This document shows, piece after piece, positions 51,101-59,110 of a stretch of DNA of 64,000 nucleotides. The DNA is taken from assembly GCA_965202665.1 (NCBI GenBank), contig OZ241841.1, forward strand, positions 1,728,001 through 1,792,000, written 5' to 3'. The notes beneath the pieces are model-generated. The model had not been told where the DNA came from. It saw only the letters and a list, made by a program, of their open reading frames with translations, and searched no databases. The first letter of the stretch is position 1. Every line of letters begins with the position of its first letter. The stretch is from Candidatus Spongiisociaceae bacterium (GTDB taxonomy: Bacteria > Actinomycetota > Acidimicrobiia > Spongiisociales > Spongiisociaceae). Made by a program: the position numbers and the translations under genes.

Positions 51101-51694
51101 AAAGCCGATGGCGACGCCCGCTTCCTGGCCTATGAGGGAACGGGTGATCCTAATGTCGCTACCGATTACGGTCAAGGGCGGCAATCTAGACATGAGTTCG
51201 CCAAGTACGTGGCGCTCTCCGACGACGGAACCGTGTTGGTCGCCTCCGGGCACTACCGAGCTGAGGCTGAAAAGCCGGGGGAAGTGTACGTGTGGAACAA
51301 ACCGGAAACAGGCGGCTGGAGAGTGCATCACATCGATCGGCGGCTACCCGGCATGACCCCCAACGTTGGCTTCAAGTTGAAGGTCTCGTCTCCCCGTAAC
51401 AGCGACGTGTTCGGACAATACATCGCCGTAACCGGCGACGGTTCGGAGATAGCCGCTTCCCGCCACTACCGGCAGGAAGGCACCTTCCGGGGTTCGGTGG
51501 TGACCTTCAAGCGTCCCGCCGACGGCGCCTGGGCAAACGACAGCACACCCGACGACGAGTACTTGGGTCCCTATGTCCGAGCCCACCTGGGGTGGCAGAC
51601 CACCTACGACAAATCCAACAGTGATCTATACACCGCGGTGTCCGCGGCCAATGATATGGAAAGCCCGCTTTCCATCTTCAAGATCACCCGATAA
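48116..51694 (+). CDS. S-layer homology (3x SLH) surface protein with C-terminal FG-GAP-like beta-propeller, copy B (complete)
   Basis: Signal peptide; SLH motifs (FTDIS..AINGLAKEGIMPG..FSPNSSVNRGSMA; FTDV..AIYRIYELGVTKG..FNPAGLVTRGQMASF); Thr/Val-rich beta region; FGYDVDI, FGEGVAIS.DG, FGQYIAV repeats. Confidence 0.92.
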   Translation: MAKVSGRVWMVGLLVLGLVVSLLGVSPPGAVGTHGEEEDIDFAPMYSACVGRATDSAGFEDTAGIGAEEAIDCLFHYGITKGRSETMYAPSESVLRWQMALFLARASMAAGIVLDNPAEDQGFTDISAVSEEAQNAINGLAKEGIMPGTSATTFSPNSSVNRGSMAMLLDAFLSKATPGTGAFGEATEKYADVKADNFNVFTDVNTVSLNTYNAIYRIYELGVTKGVAEHQFNPAGLVTRGQMASFITRAFAHTIARPAGVSIQSEQDMVLGAQGVPLIVSVRDVNFQPVQDASVDVFRSADADEAFGDDGACVTANVNRVGQVGQTACEVDLGDSTTDASGDLTDLSLQITDADATVWAWTGDRGDKFDSDDTTRAQLTVGFSKAATQTLVTDNLEEGQTRSKFGETVTVTIQIADPDDKAVADKGKRVTVAQSTTVGDNTTSSTNSMTTDADGKIVLEFTQTDPSTNTGDSATVTLTLTNPPAGLPFKNEDGSDFSSDTYSWSDEAPRPATLTVTSRNEFVLASDEGQGAGNTVTATLTDQFGDPVRGKRITFTSDTLCVKKQPTDAECVTHGVGANNYMRTTGRDGRANLGYNYDNTNSVIEAIRATYTYVGTEGVRGVVDTTDPLPMGDPKDETVLTSEPVHHYWVEEPTGDPFTGRILVKDPDNDQVVVAAEEKLMLVKYDGNDQFNLESGTTIFSEFEKLLEENADPAGAHLKVTSYEDAAADVSVFTVQEEWPGLDHPAGANGRFNYPIVVADNGIIVVGHYLETVTSGGTQMPHAGAVYIYPNGMDTAANNIVKLTAPTPFACGYFGYDVDITDNTVVVGNAFVGIDSGRLRPVVGLGEGQTCAMSSSYEKKVYVYTRTDSGWPIDATFTSVDAQNNTGFGEGVAISSDGSTIAVVGPGSNNNGAVFVFEKPQTGGWVDNTTAGQGRLRGGGGDGVGWIRTERSVAISGDGSVIAAGGCNNEGSTGTCGGWLYVYEKDPTASWDGVTKADGDARFLAYEGTGDPNVATDYGQGRQSRHEFAKYVALSDDGTVLVASGHYRAEAEKPGEVYVWNKPETGGWRVHHIDRRLPGMTPNVGFKLKVSSPRNSDVFGQYIAVTGDGSEIAASRHYRQEGTFRGSVVTFKRPADGAWANDSTPDDEYLGPYVRAHLGWQTTYDKSNSDLYTAVSAANDMESPLSIFKITR

Positions 51695-51723
51695 GCCTTT
51701 CACGCAACCCAACACGCCAGGAG

Positions 51724-51748
51724 GCCTCCCCCGCTTAGCGGGGGAGGC
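51724..51748 (+). terminator. Hairpin downstream of copy B
   Basis: GCCTCCCCCGC-tta-GCGGGGGAGGC perfect 11-bp stem. Confidence 0.75.
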
Positions 51749-51763
51749 TCCTCCTGTTAAAGC

Positions 51764-51820
51764 GGCTCTTGTTTTAGGGGGGAGTTAGAGGTTAAGGGGG
51801 TTGCGTTTGGGGCGGGGGGC
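51764..51820 (+). mobile_element. ISL3 left-end remnant
   Basis: GGCTCTTG...AGGGGGGAGTTAGAGGTTAAGGGGGTTGCG resembles 58344-58404 and 59045-59105. Confidence 0.6.
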
Positions 51821-51827
51821 GAGCGTT

Positions 51828-52231
51828 TTATTGGGGCGGGGTGGGGCGGCGGCCGGTCAGCTAACGTTCATAGCCGTGCCGGACGGTCGCCCCGGAGCCG
51901 TCCAGCCTTTCCAGCGACGGAACTGCGTATTTGCGGGTCAGCCCCATCGCGTCCCGGAAGGCGGCCACCGTGAACCGCTCCGGCAAGTCGCCCAAGCGGG
52001 CCAGAAGTTCTTCAATCTGTTCGGGCAGATAGACCAGATGGTCGGAGATCCGCACCAGCCGGCCTTCCCGCACCAGGATGTGCACCGGGTTCCGGGTCCG
52101 CCCGCAGTTCCGCCACCCGGGGGGCTTGCAGCCCTGCCCCCCGCAACTCCCGCTGTATGCGTTCCCGCTTGGCGTTTTCCCCCTCTCGGAAGGCGAGGGC
52201 GAAACCGGCCTCCGCCACCGCCGAACCCCTT
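51828..52231 (-). pseudogene. Diverged duplicate of the selB 3' end
   Basis: Aligns with 59111-59512 (HILVREGRLVRISDHLVYLPEQIEE...RKYAVP) with substitutions and indels. Confidence 0.9.
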
Positions 52232-52277
52232 GCTGAAGATCGTCCCTCGTATTTAGAGGCGATGACAGCCAGTAGCG

Positions 52278-52324
52278 ACCCCCGCCCTAAACCAGCGCAA
52301 CCCCCTAATCCCACGCGGAGAGCC
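52278..52324 (-). mobile_element. ISL3 left-end remnant
   Basis: Near-identical to 42955-42996. Confidence 0.6.
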
Positions 52325-52337
52325 CTTAACAGGAGGA

Positions 52338-52362
52338 GCCTCCCCCGCTGAGCGGGGGAGGC
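52338..52362 (-). terminator. Hairpin downstream of copy C
   Basis: GCCTCCCCCGC-tga-GCGGGGGAGGC. Confidence 0.75.
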
Positions 52363-52391
52363 CTCCTGGCGTGTTGGGTTGCGTGAAAGGC

Positions 52392-55300
52392 TTATCGGGT
52401 GATCTGGTAAACAGTCAGCAACGTGCCGGCTTCGACAGACTCTCGTATCCCGGAGTACAGGGTGCCGGAGGTCTTGTCGTAGGTGGTCGCCCATCCCATA
52501 CGGGCGTTAACCCGGGGACCCAAGAACTCTTCGTCCGGTGTGCTGTCGGAGGCCCATCCAGTAGCGGGCTTCGTGAATGTCACCACCGAACCCCGGAAGT
52601 CGCCTTCCTGCCGATAATGACGACCGGACGCGATCTCCGAACCGTCGCCTTTGATGGCAATGTACTGGCCGAACACATCCTGGTTTCTGGGGGACGACAC
52701 GGTCAGATCAAATCCTGTTGTCGCTTCCTCCGAATCCGCTTGAGTGTCAACGTGCCAACTTTCCCAGCTCGTGCCGGGCCTGACGTACACACGTATCGTC
52801 CCGGGCACATTTCTAGGACTAGTCTGACCCTGGTAGTGGTTGGAGACGACCAGGGTTGTCCCGTCATCGGTGAGAGCCAAGTACTTGGCAAACTGAGTTC
52901 CGCTACCACCCATTCCGCGATTGCGGATGCGAGCACCGTCGGTTCCTGAACCTCCGTCGGACTGGTCCGCCCAGCCGCCAGCAGGCTTCTTATACACGTA
53001 TATCCATCCTCCGGTATTGCCAGCGGCGATCGTCTCCCCATCCCCGGAGATAGCAATGGCCCGTTCGTTGCTATAGCCATTCCCGATTCTCAGTTCAGGT
53101 TCATCAGCGTGAGTGGCATCGGCAGCCCAGCCCGTGCCGGGCTCTTCATATACCACTATCCTTCCTTCGTTGCCCTGGTCGTCAGCCCCGATCACCGCAA
53201 TGGTGGAACCGTCGTCGGATATGGCAACTCCCTCTCCGAACCCCTGGCCGAAATCGGCATTCTCAGTACTCGGATTCGGGGACAATATCTTAGTAGTGGT
53301 GGTCGGCCAACCAGCACTCTCCTTTTCATAAATGTAGACCTTCCGCAACCCTCTTTGCCCCGCGGGCAACTGATGGTGGTATCGGGTTCCGACGACGATG
53401 GTGTCGCCTGCGATGTCCACGTCGTGTCCGAAGAAGCCGTTGGCTACGATATCCGTGGCTGGGGGGGTAAGTTTGACGATGTTGCCGGCGGCGGTGTTCA
53501 TCCCGTTGGGGTAGATGTACACCATCCCCGCGTTAGTACGCGTCACGTCATCAGTTTCCATGCAAGTGGCCAGAGCGTCGCGGCAGGAGCCCATTTGCAC
53601 CACAATGGTTTCTCTGGGGGCTCCGACGACTATTACTCCGTTGTCGGCTGCTACCGCCTCCCCAAATCTGGCGGCGGCTCCGTCTTCTGCCCCGTCGGGG
53701 TGGTTGAGGCTGGGCCATTCCTCCTGCAAAGCGAAGGTGCTGACTTTGCCCGCTTCGTCCTGGTAGGCGGTTACTTTCAGGTGAGCCCCCGCCGGGTCGG
53801 CGTCCTCCGCTAAGGGTTTCTCGAACTCGGCCATCACGGTGGGTCCGTCGAAGTTGGAGAACTGGTCGTTGGCGTCGTATTTGACCAGCATCAGTTTCTC
53901 CTCAGCGGCTACTACCAGCTGGTCGTTGTCGGGGTCTTTCACCAGGATGCGGCCGGTGAACGGCGCCCCGTCCGGTTCCTCCACCCAGTAATGGTAGACA
54001 CGAGCCTCATGGGAGTTCAGATCAATGTCGACGCCGTCGTTTTCAGGCCGATCTTCGCTACCGTCCGCTACTCCCACCACCTCGCTGAAGGTGGCCCAGA
54101 TGGTTTCGATGACGCTGTCGGTGCTGTCGTAGTTGTAACCGAGGTTGGCCCGGCCGTCCCGTCCGGTGGTCCGCGTATACCGGCCCGTACCCGACAGCGT
54201 ACGCTTCCCGCCGGATGAGCCGACGGTGATACCGGCGGGCGCGGTGGAACCCACCCCCAAAATAACGGAGCAATCCGCGTCCTCATCTTTGGCCTTGGTG
54301 CACAAAGAGTCGGAAAGGAAACTGATCCGTTTGCCGCGTACTGGGTCGCCGAACTGGTCGGTCAGTGTGGCCGTGACCGTGTTGCCGGCCCCTTGGCCTT
54401 CGTCCGACGCCAGAACGAACTCGTTGCGGGATGTGACCGTCAGCGTGGCCGGCCTCGGCGCTTCGTCCGACCAGCTGTAGGTGTCGGAGGAGAAGTCGCT
54501 TCCGTCCTCGTTTTTGAACGGCAACCCGGCCGGCGGGTTGGTCAACGTCAACGTCACCGTCGCGCTGTCGCCGGTGTTGGTGCTGGGATCGGTTTGGGTG
54601 AATTCCAAAACGATTTTCCCGTCGGCGTCGGTCGTCATGCTGTTGGTGGAGGACGTGGTGTTGTCCCCCACCGTAGTGCTCTGCGCGACGGTTACCCGTT
54701 TGCCTTTGTCGGCTACGGCTTTGTCGTCCGGGTCGGCGATTTGGATGGTGACGGTGACGGTTTCCCCGAACTTGGAGCGGGTCTGCCCTTCCTCCAAGTT
54801 GTCGGTCACCAAAGTTTGGGTGGCCGCTTTGGAGAACCCGACGGTCAGTTGGGCGCGGGTGGTGTCATCGGAGTCGAACTTGTCGCCCCGGTCGCCGGTC
54901 CAGGCCCACACCGTCGCGTCCGCGTCCGTGATCTGCAAGGACAAATCGGTGAGGTCCCCCGACGCGTCGGTGGTGCTGTCCCCCAAATCCACCTCGCACG
55001 CCGTCTGCCCCACTTGCCCCACCCGATTCACATTCGCCGTAACGCACGCCCCGTCGTCCCCGAACGCCTCATCCGCGTCAGCGGAACGGAACACGTCCAC
55101 CGACGCGTCCTGCACCGGCTGGAAGTTCACATCCCGCACCGACACAATCAACGGCACGCCCTGCGCCCCCAGCACCATATCCTGCTCGCTCTGAATCGAC
55201 ACCCCCGCCGGACGGGCGATGGTATGAGCAAACGCCCGGGTGATGAACGACGCCATCTGCCCCCGCGTTACCAGCCCGGCCGGGTTGAACTGATGTTCCG

Positions 55301-55934
55301 CCACCCCTTTCGTGACCCCCAGCTCGTAAATGCGGTATATGGCGTTGTAGGTGTTCAGCGACACCGTGTTCACATCCGTGAACACGTTGAAGTTGTCGGC
55401 TTTTACATCCGCGTACTTCTCCGTCGCTTCCCCGAACGCCCCCGTCCCCGGAGTGGCCTTGGAAAGGAACGCGTCCAGCAGCATCGCCATGGAACCCCGG
55501 TTCACTGACGAATTCGGGCTGAACGTCGTCGCGGACGTGCCGGGCATGATCCCTTCTTTGGCTAAACCGTTGATGGCGTTTTGGGCCTCTTCCGACACCG
55601 CGCTGATGTCCGTGAACCCCTGATCCTCAGCCGGGTTGTCCAACACGATCCCCGCCGCCATCGACGCCCGGGCCAAAAACAGGGCCATCTGCCACCGCAG
55701 CACCGACTCCGACGGAGCGTACATGGTCTCCGACCGGCCTTTCGTGATCCCATAATGGAACAAGCAATCAATCGCCTCCTCCGCGCCGATGCCCGCCGTG
55801 TCCTCAAAACCGGCCGAATCCGTCGCCCGCCCCACGCACGCCGAATACATGGGAGCGAAATCAATGTCCTCCTCCTCCCCATGCGTCCCCACCGCACCCG
55901 GAGGAGAAACCCCCAACAAACTCACCACCAAACC
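52392..55934 (-). pseudogene. SLH/FG-GAP surface protein copy C (open frame but lacks promoter, RBS and first ~16 codons; probable silent cassette)
   Basis: 54323-55934 reads as the reverse complement of copy B 48164-49775; distinct C-terminal half; poly-G tract and IS481 relic upstream. Confidence 0.88.
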
Positions 55935-55967
55935 GGGGGGGGGGGGGGCGGCGGGGGGGGGGGGGGG

Positions 55968-56280
55968 CCGCTACCGGGAGGAAGGTGAGGCTGGTTTGGG
56001 GAAGACCCGTCGTCGCGGCCGCGTGCCCCCGGCCGCGCGCCACCCCAGCGGTAGAAGAAGAACAACAGGCGTTACGCGCGCGGCGGGCGTTCCGGACGGC
56101 CAGGCCGGTTATCCGACGTTGATAGGGCGCCGGGAAGACGGCTATCAACCGCACCCTCCGCCGCTATAGGAACATTGCTCAGTAGGAACGCCATCAGCCG
56201 ACCAGCAAGCCGCTCAGAACCAGTCCCAGACGGGTGATGCTGCACGAACGCAGCAAGTCGGGAAAATCGCCGCTGGACCC
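55968..56280 (+). pseudogene. Degenerate IS481 transposase fragment abutting the 5' end of copy C
   Basis: RYREEGEAGL...; colinear with relic 47072-47400. Confidence 0.75.
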
Positions 56281-56283
56281 GTT

Positions 56284-56576
56284 GGAGCCAGTGGCGGAGG
56301 GCTTGGTTTCGGGTTTGGTTGTATCGCTCTACTTTGCCGTTCTGCTGGGGATGATAGGGTTTGATCGTGATATGACGGATGCCGTGCTGGGAGAGCAGGG
56401 AAGCGAATGCTCGGCTGCGGGTGTAGCTCCAGTGGTTGTCGGTCATGATCTCCGCGATGTGGGTTTATGCCTAGTTGGTGGAAGTGGTGGAGGGCGCGGG
56501 CGGTGAACGCGGCGACGGTGGTTCCTTTCCCGTCCGGCAACGGCTCGGAGTAGGCGAGGCGGGTGTAGTCGTCCAC
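56284..56576 (-). pseudogene. IS481 transposase catalytic-core fragment
   Basis: DDYTRLAYSE, MTDNHWSYTRS, PYHPQQNGKVERYNQT; frameshift and internal deletion relative to 44017-44964. Confidence 0.88.
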
Positions 56577-56786
56577 AGTCCCAGCCTGAATTAGGATGTC
56601 CAGGTTTCCAGGCCATCAGCAGGCACCATCATCCAGGCTGTATATGACCTCTGGTTCAGCCTGTGCCTGGTCAGGCTGATAGTGGTCTGTGGCATACACA
56701 GGCAACAGGTATCTGACCTGCTGTTTGTTGGATGTAGCAGGTTTCTGCTGTGGATGGCCGCAATGAGGGGGGCTAGGCTCTGCTGG

Positions 56787-57278
56787 TTAGCATCGTGTCA
56801 TAAAAGCAGTATCGCTTGTTCTTATGTTAAAAATATATGGGTCAGATAGGCCAGTGGGGGATATTTCTAGAGCAGCATCTGACGCTGCTAGCGTATCAAA
56901 GTTTTGGTCTCCATCGGGTATAAAATCTAAACGCATCCAACGGCATCGATAACTACCTGTTCGATATCGTCCAGGTTCAATATAACGGATATGTGTCTGA
57001 TTATCATACCAAATCTCACCATTTGAATTGCGTATATTCTGAATATTATCACCGCCAGGGTTAGCCCTTACAAAAAAGATTTGGGTTCCACTTTGAAAAT
57101 CAAATTGAACATAACCTGGTATTTGTTGTTTCACCCTTTGTCGCCATTGGTTCCCTGCGACTATGAATGAGGCGAATTCAGCTCTGGTTATTCCATCATC
57201 AAACGCCCTTTGTAGTACTTTCAATAGACCATCTATCCTGCTCCTGGATGGCCTGCTGGATGGCCCGCACGGTGGCAA
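56787..57278 (-). CDS. AT-rich hypothetical ORF (true start unclear; probably a captured fragment)
   Basis: Open 163-codon frame in AT-rich DNA; composition junction near 57235. Confidence 0.45.
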   Translation of the reverse strand: MPPCGPSSRPSRSRIDGLLKVLQRAFDDGITRAEFASFIVAGNQWRQRVKQQIPGYVQFDFQSGTQIFFVRANPGGDNIQNIRNSNGEIWYDNQTHIRYIEPGRYRTGSYRCRWMRLDFIPDGDQNFDTLAASDAALEISPTGLSDPYIFNIRTSDTAFMTRC

Positions 57279-57325
57279 ACTGGATTGCCATTTGGATGTT
57301 CTGCTGGTCAGACATCAGGCCTGTC

Positions 57326-57550
57326 CTATTCTGCTATCAGAGCATTCTGGATAGTCAGGATGACGGCAGGGAAACCGCAATCCTGGATGGACTGGTTGGC
57401 CTGCTGAACATCAGGTTCTGCCTGCTGGATACCTGGATGGTCTGACAGAGCCTGGACAGCATCATCCAAATCCTGGACTGACCATTTCAGTTTGTAATAC
57501 AGAGCATCCAGTTGTTTTTGAATACCAGTGTCAGGGTTCTGTTCTGCCAT
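57326..57550 (-). CDS. Small hypothetical protein (CpG-poor island)
   Basis: ATG with purine-rich RBS; helical Q/D-rich; co-oriented with neighbours. Confidence 0.55.
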   Translation of the reverse strand: MAEQNPDTGIQKQLDALYYKLKWSVQDLDDAVQALSDHPGIQQAEPDVQQANQSIQDCGFPAVILTIQNALIAE

Positions 57551-57587
57551 CAGCCTATCCTGATTATCTGCTCTGCCTGGTTCTGCG

Positions 57588-57734
57588 TCAGGCCTGTGCG
57601 GTCAGTGCTATCAGTCCATCATCAGGCAGGACAGGAATAGTCAGGCAATTACCTGACATCCGAACCTGACGGAGCAGACCCTTGGTCTGGTCAGAGCCTG
57701 ATAGATGTGGCCTGACAGACTGGTCTGGCGCCAT
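57588..57734 (-). CDS. Possible 48-aa ORF (MAPDQSVRPHL...)
   Basis: TGATG-coupled to the upstream ORF; below the ORF-track cutoff. Confidence 0.3.
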   Translation of the reverse strand: MAPDQSVRPHLSGSDQTKGLLRQVRMSGNCLTIPVLPDDGLIALTAQA

Positions 57735-58066
57735 CAGGCAGGCTCCATCCAGGCAGGGTCAGATTTCACCATTGCCACTACAGCGTTCCAGGCCATCAGG
57801 ACAGACACTATTTCATCCCTGACTTCCAGCAGATTTTCAAATGCCTGATCGACAGATTTCCATTGGTTATGGAACATCAGGGCAGTGTCTGTGTCCAGAC
57901 CAGCAGGCAGGACAGGAAATGGCAGAACAGGCTCGGGTTCATCAGTCAGGCCTGCCTTCTGTATGACCTGTCTCATAACCTTGTCCAGACTGGCACCTGC
58001 CACAATGGACTGGATGATGTCCAGCAGGTCTGCCCTGACCTGCTCCGCCGTGTTCTGCTCTGTCAT
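57734..58066 (-). CDS. Hypothetical protein (CpG-poor island)
   Basis: First ORF after promoter module copy 2; GAAGGGA RBS; motif shared with 24749-24982. Confidence 0.62.
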   Translation of the reverse strand: MTEQNTAEQVRADLLDIIQSIVAGASLDKVMRQVIQKAGLTDEPEPVLPFPVLPAGLDTDTALMFHNQWKSVDQAFENLLEVRDEIVSVLMAWNAVVAMVKSDPAWMEPA

Positions 58067-58096
58067 TGTTCCCTTCCATCTCGGGTGCTTACCCTA

Positions 58097-58223
58097 TTTA
58101 TACATCAGGCTGATATGATTTGTCCAGTCCATCAGGCTCTGGTGGTGCCGTAAATTGGCATAACCGCAGGTCATAGGCGGTTTCTGCTAACGGCAAATGT
58201 TTCACGGCAGGGTCTGTTCTGCC
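58097..58223 (-). repeat. 127-bp promoter module, copy 2 (TGGACA-18-TATAAA)
   Basis: Colinear with 24071-24197. Confidence 0.8.
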
Positions 58224-58343
58224 GCTTACCACAGGTCTGTCAGGTCAGGTTCCAGGCAGATGTCATCAGGCCTGGACATTCAGCAGTCTGCCATTCCAGG
58301 CTGGATGTGGTCAGTCCGTTCCTGTCAGGTCTGGTGGAATAGT

Positions 58344-59044
58344 GGCTCTTCGGATTTGAGGGGGGAGTAGGGGGTTAGGGGGGTTGCGTTGGTTTTGGGG
58401 TGGGGTCCTCCATAATCGGGGTTGTAAACCTATTCCCGAGGGTTAGGAGGACCCCTGTGGTGACCGATTATAAGCGGGTGTGTAGGGTTTTGGCGGGGGT
58501 TGGAGGTTGAGGTAGTGGGGGCCGGAGGAGACGACCGGGGGCCTGGCGGTGGGGGTGCGGTTGGTGGGGAGGCCGCGGTGCGGGGTGTTGAGCAAGGGTT
58601 GGAGGAGGGCTCGGTTGGCGGATCAGCCCTGTTTCGGCCGGGCGGTGATTTTGGAATGGTCCAAACGGCGGCGGCGGTGTCCTGATGCGGGGTGCGGGGT
58701 GGGGTCGTTTGCGGAGCAGGACCCGCGGATAGCCCCGGTGCGGGCCCGGTTGACTTCTCGGGCGGCTAGGTGGGCGACGCAGCAGGTGGGCCGGGGGCGG
58801 ACGGCGGCGGGGGTGGCGGAGGAGATTGGTTGCGACTGGCGTACCGTAGCGAAGGAGGTGAACCGGTGGGGGGAAGCCCTGCTGGAAGCCGACCGGGATC
58901 GGGCGGGGATAGTGGAGGCTTAGGGTTGGACGAGACCCTGTTCCTCCGTCAGGGCCCTTGGCGGCGGAGGATGTGGATAACCGCGGCGGTGGACATCCGC
59001 AACCGTCGGCTGATCGACGTTTTCCCAGGTAAAGACGCTAAAGG
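58344..59044 (+). mobile_element. Truncated ISL3-family element (left end plus frameshifted transposase 5' half)
   Basis: GGCTCTTCG terminus; GGGTCCTCC..GGAGGACCC hairpin over the RBS; D.PCFGR...W.KRRRRCP..GC zinc finger; GCDWRTV HTH; GLDET. Confidence 0.85.
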
Positions 59045-59105
59045 GGTTCTTCGCGTTTGAGGGGGGAGTTGGAGGTAAGGGGGTGACGCTGGTTTGGGGC
59101 GGGGG
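59045..59105 (+). mobile_element. ISL3 left-end remnant next to the selB stop
   Basis: GGTTCTTCGCGTTTGAGGGGGGAGTTGGAGGTAAGGGGG resembles 58344 onward. Confidence 0.65.
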
Positions 59106-59110
59106 CGCGT

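Noticed and set aside
43064-55934. Diversity-generating retroelement or shufflon as the source of surface-protein variation
   Set aside because: No reverse transcriptase and no adenine-specific TR/VR pair; no site-specific recombinase or short sfx-like repeats. Variation is block-wise with indels.
55935-55967. Long poly-G tracts upstream of copy C (also G13 at 30302-30314) as slipped-strand phase-variation switches
   Set aside because: No promoter or start is placed so that tract length would matter; low-quality homopolymer or assembly noise is equally likely. Read support is needed.
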